DNA of 64,000 bases, from assembly GCA_002787815.1 (NCBI GenBank), contig PCUY01000017.1, positions 3,635 through 67,634 of the forward strand, given 5' to 3'. The notes beneath the pieces are model-generated. The model searched no databases and was not told the origin of the DNA. It worked only from the letters and a program-made list of their open reading frames with translations. The DNA comes from Bacteroidetes bacterium CG12_big_fil_rev_8_21_14_0_65_60_17. Its GTDB lineage: Bacteria > Bacteroidota > Rhodothermia > Rhodothermales > UBA10348. Of this stretch, positions 48,985 through 57,742 are shown piece by piece; position 1 is the first letter of the stretch, and every line of letters starts with the position of its first letter. A program made the position numbers and the translations under genes.

Positions 48985-51749
48985 CAGTGTGCCTCCAGCC
49001 AGTTCGACCCACTGCTCAATTCCACTTCCACCGGAACGGACAAGTCCATGGCCGATGTCATGGCTCTACGGACAATGGGGGCCACGACATCCACATCACC
49101 CTGAGGCACTTCCAGTACCAACTCGTCATGCACCTGCATGAGCAGCCGCGCGTCACCACCGTATGTGGAGAGGCTATCATGCAGGGTTATCATGGCCAGT
49201 TTGATCATGTCGGCCTGTGTGCCCTGGATGGGCATGTTGACCGCCACGCGCTCTGCAAACGATCGCACGTTGTGATTGCGCGCCTTTATTCCAGGTATGT
49301 ACCGGCGACGTCCGAAGGCCGTCTCCGCATACCCCCGGTCACGGGCCACCTCCACCTGTGCTTGCAGATAGTTCGCCACACCAGGGTATGTACGTTTGTA
49401 TGTATCGATCAACTCCGAAGCCTCGGGAACGGGGCAACGCAGACGCTGGGCCAGGCCAAACGCGGATATCCCGTACGGAATACCGTAGTTGACTTCTTTC
49501 GCCCTGCGCCTCATATCCGGCGTGACGTCTTTCAGTCCCACCTTGAAAACAAGCGCGGCCGTAGCGGTGTGCACATCCTCTCCTGACGTGAACGCACGGC
49601 TGAGTTCATCATCCCTGCTCAGCGAGGCCAGGATCCGGAGTTCAATCTGCGAGTAGTCGGCTGACATCAGTACATATCCGGGGTCCGCCACGAATGCCCG
49701 CCGAATGGCACGTCCCCGTTCGGTTCGGATGGGAATGTTCTGCAGGTTGGGTCTCGAACTCGCCAATCGCCCCGTGGCGGCCGTGGTTTGACTATAGGTC
49801 GTATGAATGCGGCCCGTCTCCGGGTGCACCATCTGCGGAAGTGAATCCACATACGTCGATTTCAGCTTCGAGAGTTCGCGCCAATCCAGGATGCGGGCCG
49901 GGAGTTCGTGCTCAGTGGCAAGCTGTTGGAGCACATTTTCGCGCGTGGATGGCTTACCCGTTCCTGTTTTCTCGAGTACCGGAAGACCAAGTTTTTCGAA
50001 CAGTATCGTACCGATCTGGGCAGGCGACCCGATGTTGAACTCCTCCCCGGCCATGTCATGTATTTCTGACTGGATACGCTCCAGGTCCACAGCCAGCTGC
50101 CCGGAAAGCCTGGACAGCTCCGCAACATCGATCCTGACACCCCGCACCTCCATGGCAACAAGGACCGGCAACAAAGGAAACTCGATGCGGCCAGCCATGT
50201 CGGTGAGGGCATCGCGGGCCAGCATCTCATCGAGGGCCGCCTTGAGACGTAACGTGATGTCCGCATCTTCACAGGCATAAGGACTCACCTTGCTGACCGG
50301 GATATCCCTCATGGAGCGCTGGTCCTTGCCGCTACCGATCAGTTCACTGATGGGAACGGGTGCATAGGACAGGAGCGTTTGCGCCAGATGATCCATGCCA
50401 TGGGGCTCCTCCGGCGCGCACAGGTAGTGGGCAACCATGGTATCGAAGAACGGTCCCCTCACGTGTACCCCGTGCCGCTCCAGGACGACCAGATCATACT
50501 TGATGTTCTGGCCTACTTTTATGGACCGTGCCTCCCATGCAGGCCGGAGTGCTTCCAGTATGGTTTCTGTGGGCGTACCGTCCGGCATGGGCGTCGGAAT
50601 GTACCAGGCTGCACGCTCTTCCGTGGAAAAGGACAGGCCCACGAGCGATGCCAACACAGGATCGGTGGACGTCGTCTCCGTGTCCATTGCCCACTCATCC
50701 GCCCTGACCAGCTCTTTGACGAGGTCCGTGAGGGCATCCATGTTCGTTACCGTCCTGTACGACACCTGGTCCAGGTCCAGTCTTTCCGGTCCCATGCGTT
50801 CCGATTCCTCGTCCGTTCCATGCTCCTCTTCATCTGGTGCCTGTCCGTGATCGAGCCGCGCAAAAACCCGTGCCACCCGGTCCTGGAGTCGACTGAACTC
50901 GAGCTCATCGAACAGTGTGCGCACGCGGTCCATGTCAGGATGCCGTACCACGAAGTCGTCCCAGGTTTCCGACACATCCACGTCGGTTCGGATCGTCACC
51001 AGTTTCTTGGAGAGTACGGCATTTTCCGCGTGCTTCTGAAGTCCTTCACGGGCTCGCTTCCCTGAGACTTCATCCGCATGCTCAAGAAGATTTTCCACGC
51101 TTCCGTACTGCTGAATCAGTTTGATGGCCGTTTTTTCTCCGATACCGTGCACACCGGGGATATTGTCGGCCGAATCGCCCATGAGCGCCAACAGGTCAAT
51201 GAACTGCGACGGCTCGAGGTTGTAGTGTTCCCGGAATGTGTCTCCGTTCATGATATCAAAGCTCTCCCCCCTGTACGCAGGTCTGAACTGCGAGACATGA
51301 TCTGACAACAGTTGTCGGAAATCCTTGTCCGGCGACACAATGACAGCCTCTGCGCCATCTTTTTCTGCCCGGACAGCAAGCGTACCGATCACATCATCGG
51401 CTTCCACTCCCCCCAGTTCTATCACGGGTATGTCGAGCGCCTCCACTATTGCCTTGATGTAGGGCAGATTGGCCAACAACTCATCCGGCGGTGGATCGCG
51501 ATGCGCTTTGTATTCGTCGTAGAGCTCATCACGGAACGTCCCCCCCTCCTCCATGACGTCGAACACAACGGCCATGTGGTCCATGCCATGATCTTCAACC
51601 AGTTTTGTAAGGGCCGACACGAAACCGTATGAGGCGCTCGTGTTGAACCCCTTCCGGTTGATCAGTGGCCGGCTGATGAAAATGAAATGCGCCCGATAGG
51701 CCAGGGCCATGGCATCGAGCAGGTACAGGGTGGGTTTACCGGTGGGCAT
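48984..51749 (-). CDS. polA: DNA polymerase I
   Basis: 921 aa. 5'-3' exonuclease N-terminus (LYLLDAMALAYRAHF), 3'-5' exonuclease-like middle, polymerase motifs A (SADYSQIELR), B (RRRAKEVNYGIPYG) and C (QVHDELVLE). Confidence 0.97.
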   Translation of the reverse strand: MPTGKPTLYLLDAMALAYRAHFIFISRPLINRKGFNTSASYGFVSALTKLVEDHGMDHMAVVFDVMEEGGTFRDELYDEYKAHRDPPPDELLANLPYIKAIVEALDIPVIELGGVEADDVIGTLAVRAEKDGAEAVIVSPDKDFRQLLSDHVSQFRPAYRGESFDIMNGDTFREHYNLEPSQFIDLLALMGDSADNIPGVHGIGEKTAIKLIQQYGSVENLLEHADEVSGKRAREGLQKHAENAVLSKKLVTIRTDVDVSETWDDFVVRHPDMDRVRTLFDELEFSRLQDRVARVFARLDHGQAPDEEEHGTDEESERMGPERLDLDQVSYRTVTNMDALTDLVKELVRADEWAMDTETTSTDPVLASLVGLSFSTEERAAWYIPTPMPDGTPTETILEALRPAWEARSIKVGQNIKYDLVVLERHGVHVRGPFFDTMVAHYLCAPEEPHGMDHLAQTLLSYAPVPISELIGSGKDQRSMRDIPVSKVSPYACEDADITLRLKAALDEMLARDALTDMAGRIEFPLLPVLVAMEVRGVRIDVAELSRLSGQLAVDLERIQSEIHDMAGEEFNIGSPAQIGTILFEKLGLPVLEKTGTGKPSTRENVLQQLATEHELPARILDWRELSKLKSTYVDSLPQMVHPETGRIHTTYSQTTAATGRLASSRPNLQNIPIRTERGRAIRRAFVADPGYVLMSADYSQIELRILASLSRDDELSRAFTSGEDVHTATAALVFKVGLKDVTPDMRRRAKEVNYGIPYGISAFGLAQRLRCPVPEASELIDTYKRTYPGVANYLQAQVEVARDRGYAETAFGRRRYIPGIKARNHNVRSFAERVAVNMPIQGTQADMIKLAMITLHDSLSTYGGDARLLMQVHDELVLEVPQGDVDVVAPIVRRAMTSAMDLSVPVEVELSSGSNWLEAH

Positions 51750-51850
51750 GCTGTCGTCGGAGAAACCGGAAAGTTGGTGGAGTGGAACCCATTGCGCGGA
51801 CGACCTTACACGGACAGAACCGTTTCGGGGTCCCCTGATTTTTTCCAGAT

Positions 51851-52900
51851 ATGCCAGTCTTCAGACCACACTGCGTGCTCGTCACCGGCGGAGCCGGTTT
51901 CATAGGATCCAACTATCTGCACCACATGGTACGGACCTACCCGGACGTTCGCTTCATTACGGTAGATGCGCTCACCTATGCCGGAAATCGGGCCAATCTG
52001 GCTGGAGTGGAAGAGCGTGACAACTTCCGCTTCATTCATGCCGATATCACGAGTGAGGATACGATGGCACAACTTTTTGAGGCGGAACCCATTGATGCCG
52101 TGGTTCATTTCGCAGCCGAAAGTCACGTGGACAGGTCCATCGCGAGTGCGCGTGATTTCGTCCACACGAACGTGGAAGGGACCCGGGTCCTACTCGATGC
52201 CGCTCGTCGGGCCTGGGTCGCGGCACCTGCCGGGAAACGCCGTTTCCATCACATCTCGACCGATGAGGTATTCGGCGCGCTCGGTCCAACGGGTGTGTTC
52301 ACGGAGGACAGTCCCTATGCACCACGATCGCCCTACGCCGCCTCCAAGGCAGCGGCGGACCACCTCGTTCGGGCGTGGATGACGACACACAACCTTCCGG
52401 CCATCATAACAAATACATCCAACAACTACGGACCTTTTCAGAATCCGGAGAAACTTATTCCCCTCGTCATATCCCGCGCGTTGGCCAAAGAAAGCGTCCC
52501 CGTATACGGAAAAGGAGAACAGGTGCGTGATTGGTTGTTCGTGAAAGACCACGTCGAGGCACTCGAGCGCGTACTCATGTACGGTCAGACGGGGAGAACC
52601 TATCTGATTGGAGGCGACCAGGAGGTTCGAAACATCGACCTGGTGGAACATCTCCTCGATGCCGTAGACGTCCATCTTGGGCGTCCACATCAGTCTTCCC
52701 GCCAATTCATAACGTTCGTAACAGACCGGCCGGGACATGATTTCCGGTATGCGCTCGATTCATCACGCATATGTGATGAACTGGGGTGGACGCCCCGCCA
52801 CAGCCTCGAAGAGGGGCTGAAGAAAACCGTATCATGGTATCTGGACAACACCGATTGGATAGCACAGGCCCATCGGAAGCTGACGCCGCCCCAATCATGA
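51851..52900 (+). CDS. rfbB: dTDP-glucose 4,6-dehydratase
   Basis: VTGGAGFIGSN, HFAAESHVDRS, YAASKAAADHL (YxxxK), NNYGPFQNPEKLIP. Confidence 0.95.
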   Translation: MPVFRPHCVLVTGGAGFIGSNYLHHMVRTYPDVRFITVDALTYAGNRANLAGVEERDNFRFIHADITSEDTMAQLFEAEPIDAVVHFAAESHVDRSIASARDFVHTNVEGTRVLLDAARRAWVAAPAGKRRFHHISTDEVFGALGPTGVFTEDSPYAPRSPYAASKAAADHLVRAWMTTHNLPAIITNTSNNYGPFQNPEKLIPLVISRALAKESVPVYGKGEQVRDWLFVKDHVEALERVLMYGQTGRTYLIGGDQEVRNIDLVEHLLDAVDVHLGRPHQSSRQFITFVTDRPGHDFRYALDSSRICDELGWTPRHSLEEGLKKTVSWYLDNTDWIAQAHRKLTPPQS

Positions 52901-52912
52901 AATGACCCGCCC

Positions 52913-53653
52913 ATGAAAGGAATCGTACTCGCCGGAGGCACCGGCAGCCGTCTCTACCCGCTCACGCGTGTGACCAACAAGCACCTGCTTCCGGTCGGGC
53001 GCTACCCCATGATCTACCACCCTGTCCTGCGCCTGCGCCGTGCGGGAATTACGGAACTGGCCATCGTGACCAGCCCCGAGCACATGGGAGATGTGGTCAA
53101 CCTGTTGGGCAGTGGACGCCGGCTCGGCGTGGATCTGACCTATCGTGTGCAGGACGAGCCCGGCGGCATTGCCCAGGCCATGGCACTCTGTGAAGCATTC
53201 ACCGGTGGGGAATCGTTCGCCGTCATGCTGGGTGACAACATCCTGGGCAGCGACATCACGTCCGAGGTCGCGTCCTTCAGACAGCAGGACGGTGGCGCAC
53301 GGATACTGCTCAAAGAGGTCCACGATCCAGAGCGCTACGGCGTGCCACGTTTCGAGAACGATCGCATCGCCGAGGTCATCGAAAAACCGTCGCATCCACC
53401 CAGTTCTTTCAGCGTCACGGGCATTTATCTTTACGATCGGCAGGCTTTCGATTTCATACGGGAGCTTACGCCCTCCGAGCGGGGCGAGTACGAAATCAGT
53501 GACGTGAACAACCGGTATGCGCGTATGGGTCGCCTGACATACGGTATCCTGGATGGTTTCTGGGGCGATGCGGGCACGTTCGATGGTTGGGACGAAGCCA
53601 ATGTGCTGGCGCGGGATGTTCGTTATCCGGAAGTGGACGAGAGGGCGTACTGA
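52913..53653 (+). CDS. Sugar-phosphate nucleotidyltransferase, short glucose-1-phosphate thymidylyltransferase-like form
   Basis: 246 aa. MKGIVLAGGTGSRLYPLT, EPGGIAQA, LGDNI, YGV..F. Shorter than canonical RmlA (about 290 aa). Confidence 0.85.
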   Translation: MKGIVLAGGTGSRLYPLTRVTNKHLLPVGRYPMIYHPVLRLRRAGITELAIVTSPEHMGDVVNLLGSGRRLGVDLTYRVQDEPGGIAQAMALCEAFTGGESFAVMLGDNILGSDITSEVASFRQQDGGARILLKEVHDPERYGVPRFENDRIAEVIEKPSHPPSSFSVTGIYLYDRQAFDFIRELTPSERGEYEISDVNNRYARMGRLTYGILDGFWGDAGTFDGWDEANVLARDVRYPEVDERAY

Positions 53654-54144
53654 TGACTGGTGTGTTGGATTGGATCGATGCGCCGATCAGCGGCGTAACC
53701 GTCCGGGAAATGCAGGCTTTTCGCGACGATCGGGGTTGGCTCGTGGAGCTTTTTCGTCGCGACGAGCCGGACGGCGCGGCCCCACCTGCGATGGGATATG
53801 TATCGCTGACACACGCCGGAGTGGCACGCGGACCCCATGAACACCGGCATCAGACCGATCGGTTCGCATTTTTCGACGGTCACTATCGCGTTTTCCTGTG
53901 GGATGCGCGGGCGGCCTCTCCTACCCGGGGAAACAGGATGGTATTTTCGGCGGGAATGTCCAATCCGGTGCTGGTTGTGATTCCGCCGGGTGTCGTACAT
54001 GCCTACCGCAATGACGGCGATGCCGATGCGCTCGTGACCAATTTTCCCGATACGCTCTACGCCGGGGAGGGCAAGCGTGGACAAGTGGACGAGATCCGGC
54101 ACGAAGACATGGACAATTCGCCCTTCTGCATGGACAACGAGTGA
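53653..54144 (+). CDS. rfbC: dTDP-4-dehydrorhamnose 3,5-epimerase-like cupin
   Basis: Start at ATG 53653 (TGATG overlap). FRDDRGWLVELF, ARGPHEH, VVIPPGVVHAY. Confidence 0.8.
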   Translation: MTGVLDWIDAPISGVTVREMQAFRDDRGWLVELFRRDEPDGAAPPAMGYVSLTHAGVARGPHEHRHQTDRFAFFDGHYRVFLWDARAASPTRGNRMVFSAGMSNPVLVVIPPGVVHAYRNDGDADALVTNFPDTLYAGEGKRGQVDEIRHEDMDNSPFCMDNE

Positions 54145-54839
54145 TGTTCATTGTATTCGACATCGACGGGACGCTGATGCTCACGCGGGGCGTCGGCAGG
54201 GAGGCGATCGGGGTGGCGCTCGAAAACGAACTTGGTAGACCGGTTTTGCTGGATGAGGTGTCGTTTTCGGGGCGCACGGATCCGGCCATTCTGGTGGATG
54301 TCCTGAGGGCATCGGGTGTGCCCGAGGATGAGATCCCGGGGCTGCTCCCTGGCATGCTCCAAGCGTATGAATCGGAACTGTGTCGCAGACTGCAGCCCAG
54401 GCATGTGGATCTGCTCCCCGGCGTGATGACGCTGGTCAACCTGCTCCGGCGCCGTGAAGGTACCTACCTCGGGATACTGACGGGAAATCTCGAGGGGACC
54501 GCGCGAGCCAAACTGAAGGCCGCAGGGATGGAGGGTATATTCGGTACGGGAGCCTACGGCAGTGATGATCAGGACCGCAACCTGCTGCCAGCCATTGCCA
54601 GAGCGCGCCTTCAGCGTGCTGTTGGTGTGGATGTACCGCCGCAACGCACGGTCATCATAGGCGATACGGAGCATGATATTGCCTGTTCACGTGCCCACGG
54701 AGCCTGGGCGCTTGCCGTATGCACGGGACATGTATCTCGGGCGCTTCTTGAGCAGAATCGGCCGGATCTGCTGCTTGACAGCCTCCATCCGCCGGAAGCC
54801 GTGCTCGCGTTCATTGACGGTTTGACAGCGCGCGATTGA
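54141..54839 (+). CDS. HAD-superfamily hydrolase (phosphoglycolate-phosphatase-like)
   Basis: FDIDGTL (motif I), LTGN (motif II) and IGDTEHDI (motif IV). The start (GTG 54141 or ATG 54144) overlaps the rfbC stop. Confidence 0.8.
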   Translation: MMFIVFDIDGTLMLTRGVGREAIGVALENELGRPVLLDEVSFSGRTDPAILVDVLRASGVPEDEIPGLLPGMLQAYESELCRRLQPRHVDLLPGVMTLVNLLRRREGTYLGILTGNLEGTARAKLKAAGMEGIFGTGAYGSDDQDRNLLPAIARARLQRAVGVDVPPQRTVIIGDTEHDIACSRAHGAWALAVCTGHVSRALLEQNRPDLLLDSLHPPEAVLAFIDGLTARD

Positions 54840-55653
54840 GCATATTGATCTGACGCCGCGCCTGATCGATATAGGCGCCACCGAAAAGAATGGCATGATT
54901 CAGCACGTGGTACATCTGGTACACGGTCATGCATTCGGCTGTGGGTGGCCCACTCCCTGCTTTGTCAGCGAGTGCCGCGTGGAACCTGCCTGGAGGGGAT
55001 CCGAACAACATCAGCATGGCAACGTCCGCCCAGACGTCCCCGACGTGGACGGCCGGATCGATCAGTATGCATGTGTTATCGTTTCCGGGAATGACATTTC
55101 CCATCCACAGATCTCCATGACACAGGCTCGGTATTGGCGCCCGGGGTACCCATCTGTCCAGTTCCTGCAGGAACGGCTCGGCAGCGGCTCGCAGGTTCAA
55201 CCTGTCGAGCATGGGGACAAGCCGGGACCAACGCACGAATTCCACCCAGTCCTGCGTCTGCGTATTGACCTGTGGCGTCGGTCCAATAAAATTGTCTCGT
55301 GTCCATCCGAAAGGGGTTCCATGCGGAAGGCTGAGCGAGGCCAAGACCTCCGCCAGATGCTCCCAGTGCGCGTTCGTCCAGGGGGCATGATCCATCCACG
55401 GGAGGGCCATGGCGGAAACATCGGCGCTGACCATGGCACATGCACGGGGCGCAGGCACACTCCCCTCGAGGCGCTCCTCCAGGGCATCAAGGCCCCGGCT
55501 TTCGGCCAGAATGCGCGGGGTGGGAGCCCATTTTACGAAGACGTCGCCTCCTGAACAGGCAACGCGCTCACAACCGTTGACGGCATGCCGACGTCCCGTT
55601 TGGAACCAGTCCAGCAGTCCTTCTTCCGACAGCAATCTGTTGGAGCCCGTCAT
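54811..55653 (-). CDS. Fructosamine/ketosamine-3-kinase family protein
   Basis: 280 aa. LCHGDLWMGNV catalytic loop and IDPAVHVGD, typical of the FN3K family within the aminoglycoside-phosphotransferase fold. Confidence 0.85.
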   Translation of the reverse strand: MTGSNRLLSEEGLLDWFQTGRRHAVNGCERVACSGGDVFVKWAPTPRILAESRGLDALEERLEGSVPAPRACAMVSADVSAMALPWMDHAPWTNAHWEHLAEVLASLSLPHGTPFGWTRDNFIGPTPQVNTQTQDWVEFVRWSRLVPMLDRLNLRAAAEPFLQELDRWVPRAPIPSLCHGDLWMGNVIPGNDNTCILIDPAVHVGDVWADVAMLMLFGSPPGRFHAALADKAGSGPPTAECMTVYQMYHVLNHAILFGGAYIDQARRQINMLNRALSNRQ

Positions 55654-55664
55654 CCCGATTCAGG

Positions 55665-56237
55665 TCAGTGGGTGTCGCGTGAGGCCTGGTCGTCACCTGG
55701 GGCCTGGTCGTCACCTGGGGCCTGGTCGTCACCTGGGGCCTGGTCGGCGAGCGCGGGGTTTTCTTCGAGCAGCCGGCGCAGGATCATCGATGCGGTACGG
55801 TCGGCAATATCAAACACGCGTTCGAATCCATCTTCTCCCCCGTAGTAGGGATCGGGCACCTGATAATCACCTGGTTCGGGGTCGAACTCCCGGAAGAGCC
55901 GGATCTTGTGGTGATGGAGGCCATCCGGATCGAGCGACAGCACGTCCGACAGATTGTTCTTGTCCATGACAAAAATGTGATCGAACCGCTCAAGATCAGC
56001 GCAGGTAATCTGCCTGGCTTTCTGGTGCCCGATTTCCACGCCCCTCGCCCGCGACGTAGCTTGCATGCGCGTGTCGGGCGCTTCACCCACATGCCAGGAC
56101 CCGGTACCGGCCGAGTCGACATCCATGGCATTCGACAACCCGGCAGCATGCAGCCGGTCTTTGAACACGCCCTCCGCCAATGGGCTGCGGCAGATGTTTC
56201 CTAGACACACGAACAGGATTCGAACAGGCATGCTCAT
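55665..56237 (-). CDS. Low-molecular-weight protein tyrosine phosphatase with a repetitive acidic C-terminal tail
   Basis: Start at ATG 56237 (ATGA overlap with the upstream stop). P-loop ILFVCLGNICRSP (CX5R-S) and the DPYYG Asp loop. Tail DQAPGDDQAPGDDQAPGDDQASRDTH. Confidence 0.9.
   Translation of the reverse strand: MSMPVRILFVCLGNICRSPLAEGVFKDRLHAAGLSNAMDVDSAGTGSWHVGEAPDTRMQATSRARGVEIGHQKARQITCADLERFDHIFVMDKNNLSDVLSLDPDGLHHHKIRLFREFDPEPGDYQVPDPYYGGEDGFERVFDIADRTASMILRRLLEENPALADQAPGDDQAPGDDQAPGDDQASRDTH
55684..55746. repeat. 18-bp tandem repeat, 3.5 copies (GCCTGGTCGTCACCTGGG)
   Basis: Exact copies at 55684-55701, 55702-55719 and 55720-55737, plus a 9-nt partial copy. Encodes the (DDQAPG)n tail of the LMW-PTP. 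Confidence 0.9.
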
Positions 56238-57742
56238 GGTACTTCCGGTCGCACCGGACCCAGCGTTCGATTGACCAGACGTTTGTTGAAATACAGAAAA
56301 ACGCCCATAACCACACCCCATTGGACAAGAATGGTCATCACGGAATAGGGATCAAATGGATTGAACCAACTGTCCGGCGCGTAGACCGTCGCCGACAGCG
56401 TAAACCACCAGACGAGCAGGACAATCGCCTGCGATGGGATGGCCCATGTAATCAGAAACTCCCAGAGACGCCCTGCCCGCCAGTCTCCGTCGGCAACATC
56501 CACAGCATCCCGACGGAATGCCGATACCCCGTAGCGGATGACGGAAAAGGCCACGAACGCACCGGAGATCATCAGGGCTACTCCCCAAACAAAGTCCTGG
56601 TTGCCAAAAATATTGAGGTTTACGGCCGACGGTACTCCCAGGACGAAGCCGACCGTAACTACACTGACGACTGCCGACTGCCTCGTCAAGCCGAGATCGA
56701 CCAGCATGCGCGTGGTCAGCTGAATCATGGAAATGAGCGAACTGATGGCCGCAAACGCAAGGCCAAGAAAAAACAGTATCGCGAGTACCTCTCCGAAAGG
56801 CATTTTGGCAAAGAGCTGCGGCATCCAGATGAACGTCAAGCCCGTTGCTGCGGGACCACTCGTCTGCATGATTTTCAGCACCTCCGGACGCGACATTTCG
56901 GCACCAAGGGTAGCGAAAACCGTTCCGAAAATGACGACTGCCGCCATGATACTGACGGCATTGTTGCCGAAACCCGTTATCAGGCTGTTCTTTACCACGC
57001 CGTGCCTGGCGTGCATGTACGCCCCGTAGGTCAGAATCAACCCCCAACCGGCACCGGTATCCCACGCATTCTGCGTGAGGGCCTCCAGCCAGATGCGCGG
57101 CTGGGCCAGCGTTGACCAATCAGGACGGAACAGAAACGCTATTCCTTCCCACGATCCGTCGAGTGTGAGCGTCCGGATGAGCGCAACCAGAACAATGCCC
57201 AACAGCGTGGGAATAAGCACCTTGTTCGCTTTCTCGATGGACGATATACCTCTGATCACGACAAATCCGCACAGGACCATGGCCAGGCCATGGAATGCAA
57301 CCGGCAATCCACCCTGCTGGAACGCGTCCCAGACAGCCGCTGATTGCCCCATGGAAATGGGCAGCGGCGATACAACCATCTGCGTTACATAGTACATACA
57401 CCATCCGGCGACCACCGAATAGTAAAACATGATGGCCGTCGCCACAAAACCAATGAAAGCGCCCATCCAACCATAATTCCGGCCGGCGATTTTGGCCACC
57501 GTTCCAATGACGCCCATGCGTCCGCTCCGGCCCAGTGCATACTCGGCAATGATCAATGGAACCGACCACATGAGCAGGAAAAGCAGCCAGGCAAGCAGAA
57601 AAGCGCCTGCTCCGTCATCTCCCGCATTGCTCGCTGCAATTCGCGGAAAGCGCCAGATGTTTCCCGTTCCTACGGCAATTCCGAGTACACTCAGAATAAG
57701 TCCGAGTCGGGACGAAAATCGGGCATCCTTTTCACTTGGCAT
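56234..57742 (-). CDS. Sodium-dependent transporter of the NSS/SNF family
   Basis: GIAVGTGNIWRFPRIAASNAG is the NSS TM1 signature. About 11-12 TM helices. Start chosen at ATG 57742, giving an 11-nt overlap with the acylase stop. Confidence 0.9.
   Translation of the reverse strand: MPSEKDARFSSRLGLILSVLGIAVGTGNIWRFPRIAASNAGDDGAGAFLLAWLLFLLMWSVPLIIAEYALGRSGRMGVIGTVAKIAGRNYGWMGAFIGFVATAIMFYYSVVAGWCMYYVTQMVVSPLPISMGQSAAVWDAFQQGGLPVAFHGLAMVLCGFVVIRGISSIEKANKVLIPTLLGIVLVALIRTLTLDGSWEGIAFLFRPDWSTLAQPRIWLEALTQNAWDTGAGWGLILTYGAYMHARHGVVKNSLITGFGNNAVSIMAAVVIFGTVFATLGAEMSRPEVLKIMQTSGPAATGLTFIWMPQLFAKMPFGEVLAILFFLGLAFAAISSLISMIQLTTRMLVDLGLTRQSAVVSVVTVGFVLGVPSAVNLNIFGNQDFVWGVALMISGAFVAFSVIRYGVSAFRRDAVDVADGDWRAGRLWEFLITWAIPSQAIVLLVWWFTLSATVYAPDSWFNPFDPYSVMTILVQWGVVMGVFLYFNKRLVNRTLGPVRPEVP

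Noticed and set aside
55684-55746. Tandem repeat as a CRISPR-like array.
   Set aside because: The units are contiguous 18-mers with no spacers. They lie in frame within a coding sequence, and there are no cas genes.
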